Assembly: GCF_963921235.1 (NCBI RefSeq)
Contig: NC_086109.1
Coordinates: 28,956,001-29,020,000, forward strand
DNA: 64,000 bases
From: Mobula hypostoma
Taxonomy: Eukaryota
Direction of reading: 5' to 3'
This document shows, piece after piece, positions 12,294 to 25,115 of this stretch. The notes beneath the pieces were generated by a model. That model was not told where the DNA came from. It ran no database searches and saw only the letters and a list, made by a program, of their open reading frames with translations. Every line of letters starts with the position of its first letter. Position 1 is the first letter of the stretch. Both the position numbers and the translations under genes were made by a program.

Positions 12294-13921
12294 TTCAATA
12301 TTTCCTGTCTCGTTATATCTTTCTAGGCGGATCAGCTAAAATCAACATGCCTTCACCACTGACACTTGCCAATCATTACCACCACTTCTATTGTTTAGTC
12401 TCTTTGTACTTGCCCTACCACAAGCATTCTCTTTATGTTCTCCACACCACCTTTTTTCCCTGCAACTTAAAGTATGTTGAGTTTCTAATTGTTTTCTAGT
12501 TTTGATGAAAGATCAGTGACTTGAAAGCTACCTTTATCCTCTTTCCAAAGATACTTTCTAACCTGTTTAGTATTTCCAGAAGCCTCAGATTTTATTTCAG
12601 ATTTACAGTGTCAGCAGCTTTTACTTTATAATTGACATCCTGATGAATGGTCACCTGGGGAACCTCCTTGATTCAGATCCAGATCCTTACAAATCAGATA
12701 GGACATGGCAGTTACTGACTGAGGCTTATTGTTTTGATAATTTCAGTGATAGAGGTTACAGCAAAACCATTTGCTTTATCTAAGTTGCCTTGCTTAGGTA
12801 TTCACTCGCTGCCTTTCTGAACTGCCACGGTTCTTCTGGTGAAGGTGTTTTCCAGGAGTATTTTTTCATATGAATTTCCAATACTTAGATCTTGAAGCAA
12901 TGGCACGTTGCCAATATTGTTCTGTGTGAAGACTTAGAGGAGAGTTCCCTTTGCCTCTTCTTCCCACATCAGTTAAGCACTTCCTGCCAGAATATCAGCT
13001 TTATTCTGCAGTCACAGGAGGAAGCGAGAAGGTAAGAATTTGTCCAAATTGTAATTGTACTGAGTTTCAATACTTTAATTCTTTACAACTCATGTTCTGG
13101 GTATTAATTTTCATCTGCACAGTGTGCCTTCTTTTCTACATTGGTTGCATAGATTTTCATCAATTCTACTGCATTTCTTTTCTTTTCCTGTAAATGCCTG
13201 CAAGAAAATGAATTTCAGGGTAATACATGGATCAAATGCATACTTTGATAATATATTTACTTTAGAACATAGGACAGTACAACAGCCCATTCAGCCCACA
13301 ATGTTGTGCCAAACCAGCTAAAAGCAAATCAAAAACAGCCAAACACTAATCCCTCCTACCTACTTTGAACTTAGAACTTTAAATTGAATACTATTCTTCT
13401 GAGCACTCTGCTATGTGAAGTACATTCTGAGTACAGATTTCAAAACGTTCTCCCTGGAATATATCCATTTTTTAATTAAATGTGACAGTAAAGCCAATAT
13501 TAAACTATTATATTGCTATGCACATAGTTTCTTTTATTTCAACTGATGCTACAAAAATTAAAATTATGTGACTGGTCCACAGCTTCGTTGCCCTAATTTG
13601 TTCCTTTGATGGTAACTCCCTACTGAGCTATGCAGAACTGCGAAAAACAGGGGAAAATGGCCTCACTGCAAACTCCAGCCACCTTCTGCCAAGAAACCAA
13701 ATATTTTTCCAAGGAAATTACATTTATAGCAGAGCATCTGTTGCACCTACCTCACATAAATAATCGGAAGCCAATTGTTCTTCAACCTTTGATGTGCTTA
13801 ACAGGAACACATTTCTGGTATCTGCTAAATGATATTGTGCAATAGTAATGTACTTACTATGAAACAGAATAGATAGTTTTATGAACAATGGTGATGGTGG
13901 AAAGCACCGAAATTTCTTCAG

Positions 13922-14055
13922 CAGTCCCGCTGAAGGGTCTTGGCCTGAAATGTCGACTGTACTCTATTCCATTGATGTTGCATGACCTGCTGAGTTCCTT
14001 CAGCATTTTGTGTGCGTTATTTGGTGTTCCAGCATCTGAAGATTTTCTCTTATTT
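13922..14055 (+). mobile_element. PLE pLTR fragment, hammerhead core mutated
   Basis: CAGTCCCGCTGAAGGGTCTTGGCCTGAAATGTCGACTG..CCTGCTGAGTTCC..CCAGCATCTG. Confidence 0.75.
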
Positions 14056-14137
14056 GAAATATTTTTCTTCCTGAGATAAACCTGACTGTGGGATAGAGAA
14101 TGTAAAATCTATGCCACATGCACATCAAGTAACTTCA

Positions 14138-15537
14138 GATAGTCAGAGTGTGTGCGGCACAACTGGCTGGTGTGCTTGTAGACATTTTTAATTTCTCAGT
14201 GTAGAGTGCCTCCTGCTTTAACAGATCCATCATTGTCTCTAAAAAGACCAAGGTAACATGTTTGAATGACTGGCATCCTGTTGCACTCACCTCAATAATA
14301 CTCAAATGCTTTGAGAGGCTGCTCAGGGACTACATCTGCAGCGTGCTGCCACCCACACTGGACGCCCTACAATTCGCCTACCGACACAACCGATCGACAG
14401 ATGATGCAATAGCCACAGCTCGACACACCGTCCTTACACACCTGGAGAGGCGGAAAGCTTATGCGAGAATGCTGTTCTTGAACTACAGTTCAGCATTCAA
14501 CACCATAATTCCCTCCGGGCTCGACAAGCAGCTCAGAGACCTTGGCCTTCACCCTGCCTTGTGTAGCTGGATCCTGGACATCCTGCCACATCACCGGCAG
14601 GTGTTAAGTGTGGACTCCCTCACCTTTGCCCCTCTGACCCTCAACACAGGAATGCCCCATGGCTGTGGCCTAAGCCCCCTCCTTTAACCTCTGTACACCC
14701 ATGACTGTGTTGCCACCCATAGCTGGAATCTGCTAATTAAATTTGCAGATGATACTAAATTGATTGGCCTCATCCCAAATAATAACGAGGCAGCCTACAG
14801 AGAAGTCATCACCTTGACACAGTAGTGTCAAGAAAACAACCTCTCCCTCAATAAAGGAGTTGATTGTGGACTACAGGAGGAACGGAGACAGGCTCACCCC
14901 TATTGATATCAATGGATCGGGGGTTGAGAAGGTGAACAGCTTTAAATTCCTCAGTGTACACATCACCGAGGATCTCACTTGGTCTGTCCATACTGACTGT
15001 GTGGTGAAAAAGTTCAACAGTGTCTCCTTCACCTCAGATGGTTGAAGAAGTTTGGCATGAGTCCCCAAATCATCACGACTTTCTGCAGGGGCACAATTGA
15101 GAGCATCCAGACTGACTGTATCATTGCCTGGTATGGGAACTGTACCAGGCAGGACTCTGCAGAGAGTGGTGCGGACAGCCCAGTACATCTGTAGATGTGA
15201 ACTTCCCACTATTCAGGACAAGTTTGTAAAAAGGGCCGAAAGGATCATTGGGGACCCAAGTCATCCCAACCACAAACTGTTCTGGCTGCTACCATCCGGG
15301 AAATGGGACCGCAACATTAAAGCCAGGACCAACAGGCTCCAGGAAAGCTTCTTCCACCAGGCCATCAGATTGATTAATTCACACTGATACAATTGTATTT
15401 CTAAGCTATATTGACTGCTATGTTGTACGTCTTACTGTATACACTATTTATTACAAATTATGATTTTCACATTGCACAAAGATTTTTACTCCTCATGTAT
15501 GTGAAGGATGTAAGAAATAAAGTCAATTCAATTCAAT
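14138..15537 (+). mobile_element. Rex1/Babar LINE, 5'-truncated, frameshifted RT
   Basis: ND(W)HPVALTS..KCFERL..LQFAY..STDDAI..YSSAFNTI, KFADD; ends in (CAATT)n tail. Confidence 0.92.
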
Positions 15538-16221
15538 CTCTTTGGGGTAGTGATATGCCCATCTGCAAGAAAGCATTCAACATAAATGAAGTATCTGTCT
15601 GTATCACACAGTTAGCTGTTATTTATTTGTTCATACGCTTGCCTGGATTGTGAGCTGATGATTCATTTGACCAGCCTCTTCTTGTACTTAAAATATTCTT
15701 CTCTATATTCCTATTGTCTGGTAAGCAGTAACACAATTTTTGACCAGGGTCCTGCAATCTGGAACTTTAATTCTAATTGTTTTATTCTCCCCAACTGAGA
15801 CTTAAATTAGCAGTCATTTGGGAGAAAATTTGATAAATTCCTGTTCTGTGTGACTGCAAAGTCCATTGACCCCTGTTGTTTTTCTGTGTCCTATGATAAC
15901 GCTCTCCTTGTGCACTCTTTTGCTTACTCCCAGTACTTTGCATCGCTCTAGAGGGTTGGCATTGTTGTTTCTGATGGTTGTTTTTTTTCACATGAAGAAT
16001 ACCTAGGAGTTTGCGAAGGATGTTCACAGGTGTAACCCAGCTCTATTGCATATTTTCAGTAGGCTACTAGAGCGTTCCAGCCGATAGTGTTTCACTATTT
16101 GATCTTGAAGATCAAAAGAACTTAAATGGATGTCCATTCTCCTGAACACATTCATGCACCTCTAGATTTTCTTTTTTAATAATTATGTTTCTTCGGCTGG
16201 TTTCCCTATTACACAGCCTCT

Positions 16222-16552
16222 TGAGCGGCATGGTACAGTAGCAGATAGCGTAATGCTTTACTGTGCTAGCAATTGGAAGATCGGGATTCAATTCCTACTG
16301 CTGTCTGTAGGGAGTTTGTACATTCTGCCCATAACCACATTGGTTTTCTCCATGTGCTCCAGTCTCCTTCCCCATTCCTAAGGAGTACAGGTTAGGTTTA
16401 GCAAATTGTGGGCATACAATATTCTTGCTGGGTGCACAGCGATACTTGCAGGCTACCCCCAGCATGTATATGTATTGAGTTGGTCATTGTTGCAAACAAC
16501 GATTTCACAGTATGTTTCAATGTCCGCATAACAAATAAAGCCAAACTAATCT
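16222..16552 (+). mobile_element. V-domain tRNA SINE
   Basis: tRNA-like head with B box GGATTCAATTCC, V core GGAGTTTGTACATTCT..GTGCTCCAGTCTCCTTCCC, LINE-like tail. Confidence 0.75.
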
Positions 16553-18314
16553 ACTGATCTGTGGTTCAACAGTATGGAAGCAGGTCTTGCAACCTACCGA
16601 ACCTATGCAAGACATGAGGCATCTACACAATAGTCCCATTCTTCTAACTTAGGACTGAAATACATTCTCTGCTATGATTAATATATTGCAAAAATAAGCA
16701 TCCAATCATAATTAAATTCAAGACTCTATCTAAATTTATCATATAGCATAAGAGGAGACTAACTATTATGTCACTATCTACTTATTTGCTCCCTCTTTGA
16801 AGGGAAGAAATCTTGAATATATCTTGAATTGATGCAATATAAACTAACTGATCAGGTAAAATAGTTAAATGACTAATTGTGTGGTTGATTTAATTTTTTC
16901 TTCTAAGGGTTAAAAGAATGATACACTTGATACACTCTGAGGTGTCACAATCTTTATTTAACAATCATTTAAAACATCCATTCAAATTTATGATCATATT
17001 AATTTTACCTATTTCAGTATGTTTTCAAACACAATCAGTTTAATATATATTATGTTCAATGATAAACTATGCTTTAAGCCCAGGAAGAAAATAAAACAAC
17101 TGAAGTGCAGTTGAGAAGAATGCATAAACCATCAATCGATTTCTAGAGTCAAAATACATTCCTAAAACAGAGAAATTTTACAGTTGGAATTTATTGAAAT
17201 TCTAGGTTGCAGTTTTCAAGATTTGATGAGCTGTGAGGTGCTATGTCACCATGAAAAAAATACACCACAAAACATCACACCTCTGTGCTAATCATGCTAG
17301 TGCAAGGAAAAGGTATTCTCAGCATCGGAGCTGTTAATATTAGCTGGCGGGAAGTGAATGAGTTACTATGCACTGTGTCAGCAGTCCAAATTCACTCAGT
17401 ACTTATCCTTAATGTGAAAATGAAGAACAAATGCATTTGTGTTTTTTGACTAAACTGAGCAATCTAATAACTGAAAGTGCTGTGGATGTTCTGGAATATT
17501 TTATAAAGAATTCACATCAACTTCCATTTATTTTGCAATTTGAAGATAGTAAAATTGTTCAAAAACATTTCATGGGAATGTTGTCAAATGAAAGTTGACT
17601 GAAAGCAATGTTGGGACATAATTGGGAGAAAAAGCAAGAGAAAATCTTGATCAGAATGCTGTGTTTACAAGGAGTGGGTGTAACTGGGGAGTGAGAGATA
17701 AAGAGACAGTGAGGGAGTGCCTCGGCTTAGGCCTCAGTCAGCTGAAGAAAGAGCCACTAGGAATGAAGTGATTAAACTTGTCAATGAGCAGTGTCTCGAG
17801 GCCAGAATTAGACCATAAGGGATATGTCGAAGGGTCATATGACTGGAAGAGATTCTATAATGAGAGGGTTGGTGAGATCGTGCAGGCATCTGAAAGCCAG
17901 GTTGAGAATTTTAATACAAGGGATTGCTTAACCAAGAACCAGTGCAGAACTGATAACACATGAGGGATGTTCCCAAGGGAATTGCAAATGCTGCCACAAG
18001 AGTATTTATTTTATAATACACCTCCCACACATATTATGCTGCTCAAGGATTTTTTTAAAATTAATTTTTGAGTTTAAATATTTTTACATTTTTATTCTTT
18101 ATGGTTAGACCTATTATGTTTTTATGCCTTTCCAACACTTTCTGACACACCAAATCTTTGTAAGAAACCCTCATGGTTCTGCAGCAAACCACTGGTATTT
18201 CTCTCCATCAATGTTAGCAAGTTTGGAAGGTCAGTGCACATTTACTCAAGTGTGAAAATTCCAGGTTTGAGAATAGGTTCCAACTGGTGAATTTGTTTTC
18301 ATACTCCAGCACTA

Positions 18315-18915
18315 AGTTCTGCATGGAATCGAATGAGACTGGGGAAACCTGAGCTTGAGGCCTAGAGTTTGAGCCCAGTCGTTAGCGAGTCTGCTGTTCG
18401 ACTCCTCGTCCAGGTGCCCATTCCTTATCATCTTTGTTGAGTCTTGGGGTCGATGCTGAATATTGAAGCCTGAAGGTGAACGTGAAGTCCAGATCGAAGT
18501 CTGAAGTTTGATCTGATGTCCAGAGGTCAAGGGCCAATGGTCAGAGCTCCAAGACTGTGTACCTCTGCTAGTCCACTGGGGAAGTCAAAGGCCCAATATT
18601 TGCGAATCCATGAGTCCACTGGAGGCTGGAAGCTGAAAGAGATGGCCTCTTCTAGGGCTAGAGAATTGTGTGTGTCCATAGTAGGGTGGGAGGGTGGGAG
18701 GGAGGAACAGGACTTATTTTGTCATTGTTGTTGGGTGCTGTATTATTTGGCTGAGCATGATGGGTGTGCTATGTTGCTGTTGGAATGTGTGGCAATATTT
18801 GCAGGTGGCCCCCCTCGGCACATCCTTCGTAGTGTTGGTAGTTAATACATTTCACTCTCTGTTTCAATGCTTATGTAAAAAATAAATCTAAATCTGAATT
18901 GGAATCAGAATCTGA
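18315..18915 (+). mobile_element. Non-autonomous retroelement with LINE-type tail
   Basis: GC-richer body; 3' end resembles the tail of the SINE at 16222 and ends AATAAATCTAAATCTGAA.. Confidence 0.4.
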
Positions 18916-19289
18916 GTCTCGCTGCAGGGTCAGGATATTGATGAGGTCCTCAGCTGGGAAATGTGTTTCTATGTCCTGCACCAGGTTAGAGCAGGAGCTA
19001 GATCTGCAAACCCAACGTCTTCAATGGAGACTCTATTGGCACATGGAAGAAGTGTGTGAAATAAGTTACAGTTTCATTAGTTAGTTGTACTTGGGGTAAT
19101 ATTTTGATTACCTGGAAACGCTTAATCATTTTATTATGCTATTTTTCACAAATGATCATATTTCTTTCAATGTATCATTTTAATTACTTTAAGAATTTCA
19201 GTGCCATTCTGAAAGCTTGTTAAATTAATTTTTCAGGATGTGAACAGTTTTGTTAAGACCAGTATTTGTTGCCCAACTAGAAAGCTGCT

Positions 19290-20200
19290 GACTCTTCAAT
19301 ATAGACTGGCACATGTTCATCCTCCTTCCCCTTCTTGATGTCAATAATCAGCCCGTTACATTTTCTGATATTGAGAGAAAGATTACTTTTGCAGCACCAC
19401 TCACTCCAGTGTCCTAGCTCACTCCAGAAACCTGATTCATCAAAACCTGTGATTCTTCCAACAACAGCATTGTCACTGGTGAATTTGAAGATGGCATTGG
19501 AGCTATGCTTAGCCACGTAGTCATGTGTGTGTAGAGAGTAGAACAGGGGGCTGACTCAGCTTTGAGGTGCTCATTTGCCAAAGATTAGCAAGCAGGAGAT
19601 GTTGTTACCAATCCTCACTGCAGACAAGGAAGTCAACTATCCAATTGCAGGGAAGGTAGAGAGGTGGTCCAAGCCTTGAAGCTTGATGATGAGCTTGGAT
19701 AGGATGATTATGTAGAACACAGAGCTGTAGTTAATGAACAGCACCCTGCTCATGAGTTCCTATTGTTGACACAATGCAGAGCAGAGTTAAGAGCCAGAGA
19801 AATCACACCTGCTGTTGTGGCAGCAGGCAAATTGGAGTAGATCCAGCACATCTCCGATGGAGGATTTGATTCATATCATCACCAACCTCTCAAAGCATTA
19901 CAGTTGATGTAACCGCCACCGGATAGTAATCACTGAGGAAGGTCATCACTCTCTTCTTGGACACCAGTACAATAGATTCCTCTTTGAAATAGGTAGGAAC
20001 TGCAGAAGCGAGAGATTGAATACGTTTGCAAACAGATCTTTAGTATTTCGCCGGGTATGTATTCTGAACCAGATGTTTTTTGTAGATTCACCCTCTTGAA
20101 GGAAGCCTGGAAGACAGTTACAGAAATTGAAATTATAGTGTCATTGAGAGATGCGGGGGTTCTTCTGGATGTGTCATAGTTCTCTTTATCAAAAAGTGCA
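19290..20200 (-). mobile_element. Degenerate Rex1/Babar RT fragment
   Basis: AKHSSNAIFKF..DNAVVGRIT..WC..NLSLN; RVNLQKTSGSEYIPG. Confidence 0.8.
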
Positions 20201-20268
20201 ATGGGGAATCCAAATAATAATTCTAGGCAGGGCACAGGGTCAGCAAAATCCAAATCTCTACTTTATAC

Positions 20269-21355
20269 CTGGTGTGTAAGCTGACAGCGATGCAGGTGGA
20301 TGCTCCCCTGGTGTCATGGATTCTTGACTACCTGACTGGCAGACCACAGTACGTGTGCTTGCAACACTGTGTGTCCGACAGAGTGATCAGCAGCACTGGG
20401 GCTCCACAGGGGACTGTCTTGTCTCCCTTTCTCTTCACCATTTACACCTCGGACTTCAACTACTGCTCAGAGTCTTGCCATCTTCAGAAGTTTTCGGATG
20501 ACTCTGCCATAGTTGGATGCATCAGCAAGGGAGATGAGGTTGAGTACAGGGCTACTGTAGGAAACTTTGTCACATGGTGTGAGCAGAATTATCTGCAGCT
20601 TAATGTGAAAAAGACTAAGGAGCTGGTGGTAGACCTGAGGAGAGCTAAGGTACCGGTGACCCCTGTTTTCATCCAAGGGGTCAGTGTGGATATGATGGAG
20701 GATTACAAATACCTGAGGATACGTATTGACAATAAACTGGACTGGTCAAAGAACACTGAGGCTGTCTACAAGAAGGGTCAGAGCTGTCTCTATTTCCTGA
20801 GGAGACTGAGGTTCTTTAACATCTGTCAGACGAAGCTGAGGATGTTCTACGAGTCTGTGGTGGCCAGTGCTATCACGTTTGCTGTTGTGTGCTGGGGCAG
20901 CAGGCTGAGGGTAGCAGACACCATCAGAATCAACAAGGTCATTCATAAGGCCAGTGACGTTGTGGGGATGGAACTGGACTCTCTCACGGTGGTGTCTGAA
21001 AAGAGGATGCTGTGTAAGTTGCATGCCATCTTGGTCAATGTCTCCCATTCACTACATAATGTACTGGGTGGGCACAGGAGTACATTCAGCCAGAGACTCA
21101 TTCCTCCAAGATGCAGCACAGAGCGTCATAGGAGGTCATTCCTGCCTGTGGCCGTCAAACGTTACAACTCCTCCCTTGGAGGGTCAGACACCTTGTGCCG
21201 ATAGGTTGGTCCTGGACTTACTTCATAATTTACTGGCATAATTTACATATTACTATTTAACTATTTATGGTTCTATTACTATTTATTATTTATGGTGTAA
21301 CTGTAACGAAAACCAATTTCCCCCTGGGATCAATAAAGAATGACTATGACTATAA
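20269..21355 (+). mobile_element. Young 5'-truncated Rex1/Babar LINE
   Basis: Uninterrupted 310-codon RT C-terminal half; 3' UTR ends AATAAAGAA(TGACTA)n. Confidence 0.93.
20272..21204 (+). pseudogene. Reverse transcriptase C-terminal half (Rex1 clade)
   Basis: WILDYLTGRPQYV, GAPQGTVLSPFLFTIY, KFSDD, LNVKKTKELVVD; no N-terminus. Confidence 0.9.
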
Positions 21356-21369
21356 CTTCAAATCTATAC

Positions 21370-21789
21370 AGGATATAGGAACAGAAGTAGGCCATCCAGT
21401 CCACTATCTGCTCCACCATTCAATAATGGCTGATATTTTTCCCCATTCAGTTGTCACCTTCTCCCCATAACACTGATCTCATTTACAAATCAAGAACATA
21501 TCTCTGCCTTAAATATACCCAATGATATAGCCTCAACAGCTGTATCAAGGTATTACATAGATTCACCAAACTCTGGTGAAAAGAATTCCTTCTCATCTCA
21601 GTTTTAAAACAATGTCCCTTTACTAAGGCTGTACCCTCGGATCATAGTCTCTCCTACTAATGGAAACACCTTCTACGCATCCATCCTATATGAGAGTTTC
21701 AGTAAATAGTAGCTTTCAATGGGGTCTCCCTTCATCCTTCTGAATTTCATTGATTACAGGCCCACAGACATCAAATGCTTCTCATATGT
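21370..21789 (-). mobile_element. CR1 3' end, left part of a split element
   Basis: Minus translation TYEKHL..FRRMKGDPIE continues the piece at 24758-25115. Confidence 0.8.
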
Positions 21790-22291
21790 CAGAATCAGAA
21801 TCAGGTTTATTATCACCGGCATGTGACGTGAAATTTTTTAACTTAGTAGCAGCAGTTCAATGCAATACATAATAAATAAATCATATTCTTTATACTTTAT
21901 ACAGTATACATATATCAAATAGATTAAAAATTGTGCAAAAACAGAAATGCTATATATTAAAAAAAGAGAGAGGTAGTGTCCAAGGGTTCAATGTCCATTT
22001 AGGAATCCGATAGCAGAGGGGAAGAAGCTGTTCCTGAATCACGGAGTGTGTGCCTTCAGGCTTCTATACCTCCTACCTAATGGTAACAGTCAGAAAAGGG
22101 ATCGTCCTGCGTGCTGGAGGTCCCTAATAATGGACACTGCCTTTCTGGGACACCGCTCCTTGAAGATGTCCAGGGTACTTTGTAGGCTAATACCCAAGAT
22201 GGAGCCGACTAAACTTACAACCCTCTGTAGCTTCTTTTGGTCCTGTGCAGTAGTCCCCCCACCCCCGCCGCCCCCCATACCAGACAGTGAC
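21790..22291 (-). mobile_element. Rex1 LINE 3' fragment with (CTGATT)n tail
   Basis: QDQKKLQRVV..IIRDLQH; close match to 22481-22990. Confidence 0.88.
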
Positions 22292-22480
22292 AATAGAATG
22301 AGACTGGAGACCTATCAGCAATGATCTGCCTGTATAGTGAAGGGCTGAGTTGCTGACTCCTGCAATTATTTTCATATTTTTTCTGTAGTCCAGTAATTCG
22401 AGTCCAATTAGGTGTTCTCCTTCAGGGGTTGTCAATTTGTAGGTCCTCAGGTAGGTTTAGAGGCCAATCTGAGATCCATA

Positions 22481-24735
22481 TCAGAATCAGAATCAGGTTT
22501 ATAATCACCAGCATGTGTTGTGAAATTCACTAATTTAGCAGCAGCATTTCGATGCAATACATAATATGGAAGAAAAAAAATAATAATAAATAAATAAATA
22601 ACGGTATATGTATATTGAATAGATTAAAAATCGTGCAAAAAAAACCCCAGAAATAGTATATATTAAAAAAGTGAGGTAGTGTTCAAGGGTTCACTGTCCA
22701 TTTAGGAATCCGATGGCAGAGGGGAAGAAGCTGTTCCTGAATCACTGAATGTGCACCTTCAGGCCTCTGTACCTCCTACCTGGTGGTAACAGTGAGAAAA
22801 GGGCATGCCCTGGCTGCTGGAGGTCCTTAATAATGGACACTGCCTTTCTGAGACACCGCTCCTTGAAGATGTCCTGGGTACTTTGAAGTCTCGTACCCAA
22901 GATGGAGCTGACTAGATTTACAACCCTCTGTAGCTTCTTTTGGTCCTGTGCAGTAGCCCCCCCCCCCACCCCCGCATACCAGATAGTGATGCAGCCTGTC
23001 AGAATGCTCTCCACTGTACATCTATAGAAGTTTTTGAGTGATTTTGTTGACATAATAAATCGCTTCAAGCTCCTAATGAACTATAGTCACTGTCTTGCCT
23101 TCTTTATAGCTGCATTGATATGTTGGGACCAGGTTAAGTCCTCAGAGATCTTGATACCCAGGAACTTGAAATTGCTCACTCTTTCCACTTCTGATCCCTC
23201 TATGAGGATTGGTATGTGTTCCTTTGTCTTACCCTTCCTGAAGTCCACAATCAGCTCTTTTGTTGTACTGACATTGAGTGCCAGGTTGTTGCTGTGGCAC
23301 CACTCCACTAGTTGGCATATCTCACTCCTGTACACCCTCTCGTCACCATGTGAGATTCTATCAACAATGGTTGTATTGTCAGCAAATTATAGATAGTATT
23401 TGAGCTATTCCTAGCAGCACAGTCATGTGTACATAGAGAGTAGAGCAGTAGGCTAAGCAACACCTCAGAGGTGTGCCAGTGTTGATCATCAGCGAGGAGG
23501 AGATATTATCACCAATCTGCACAGATTGTGGTCTTCCAGTTAGGGAGTCGAAGATCCAATTGCAAAGGGAGGTACAGAGGCTCAGGTTCTGCAACTTCTC
23601 AATCAGGATTGTGGGAATGATGGTGTTAAATGCTGAGCTATAGTCGATGAACAGCATCCTGACATCGGTGTTTGTGTTGTCCAGGTGGTCTGAAGCTGCG
23701 TGGAGAACCATCGAGATTGCATGTGTCATTGACCTATTGTAGCGATAGGCAAATTGCAACGGGTCCAGATTGTTGCTGAGGCAGGAATTCAGTCCAGTCA
23801 TGGCCAACCTCTCAAAGCATTTCATCACTTTCGATGTGAGTACTACCAGGCAATAGTCATTAAGGCAGCTCGCATTATTCTTCTTAGGCACTGTTATAAT
23901 TGTTGCCTTTTCGAAGCAGGTAGGAACTTTCGCCTGTAGCAGTGAGAGGTTGAAAATGTCCTTGAATACTCCCACCAGTTGGTTGGCACAGGTTTTCAGA
24001 GCCTTACCAGGTACTCCATTGGGGCCTTCCACCTCGCAAGGGTTCACTCTCCTTAAAACCAGCCTAACATTGGCCTTTGAGGCAGAGATCACAGGGTCAT
24101 CAGGTGCAGCAGGGATCTTCACAGCCGTAGTTGTATTCTCCCTTTCAAAGCGGGCATAGAAGGCATTGAGTTCATCTGATATTGAAGCATCACTGCTGTT
24201 CATGCTATTGGGTTTTGCTTTGTAGGAAGTAATGTCTTGCAAGCCCTGCCAGAGTTGTCATGTATCCGATGTTGTCTCCAAGCTCGTTCGAAATTGTCTC
24301 TTCGCCCTTGAGATAGCCCTCCGCAAATCATACCTGGTTTTCTGGTACAGGCCTGGATCACCAGACTTGAATGCCACAGATCTAGCCTTCAGCAGATGAC
24401 ATACCTCCTGGTTCATCCACGGCTTTTGGTTTGGGAATGTACAGTAAGTCTTTGTAGGCACACACTCACCACACAGATTTTAATGAAGTTGGTAACAACT
24501 GCAGCATACTCATCCAGGTTTGAAGATGAATCCCTGAATACAGTCCAGTCCACCGATTCAAAGCAGTCCTGTAGGTGCTCCTGTGCTTTCCTTTTCCATA
24601 CCTTCTTGGTCCTCACTACTGGTGTTGCAGTCTTCAGTCTCTGCCTATACTCAGGGAGTAGAAGTACAGCCAAGTGATCAGACTTCCCGGAGTGAGGGCG
24701 TGGAGCACGGTAGGCATTTTGATGGTGGTGTAGCA
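22481..24735 (-). mobile_element. Rex1/Babar LINE (end of APE domain plus RT), frameshifted
   Basis: GKSDHLAV, FPNQKPW, DELNAFYARFE, LDPLQFAY, DYSSAFNTI, LNVSTTKELIVDFRK; (CTGATT)n tail at 22481. Confidence 0.93.
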
Positions 24736-24757
24736 ATCGTGGTATTCTTGATGGTGG

Positions 24758-25115
24758 TGTTAAACCTTTAATTCCTGGGATTATTCTTGTGAACCTCCCC
24801 TGGACCCTTTCTAGAACCAGCACGTTTTCCCTTGGCCCAAAATTTCTCATAATATTTCATATGTGATCTGACTAACACCTTATAAAGACCTCGCAGTACT
24901 TAATTTTTATGTTCTAGTCCACTAAAAATGAATGCTAATATTTCATTTGCCTTCTTTACTACTGACTCAACCTACAATTAACCTTGAGGGAATCCTGATC
25001 TCAGGCTCCCAAATCCCTTTGCATCCCTGATTTTCTCTCCATTTAGAAAATAATCTACATCTTTATTTTACCTACTAAAGTACATAAACACCCACCTCAC
25101 TAAGCGTATCTCTGC
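24758..25115 (-). mobile_element. CR1 RT fragment, right part of the split element
   Basis: LERVQGRFTRIIPGIKGLT motif. Confidence 0.8.

Noticed and set aside
16222..16300. tRNA gene
   Set aside because: It is a SINE head: no full cloverleaf, and it is followed by the V-domain.
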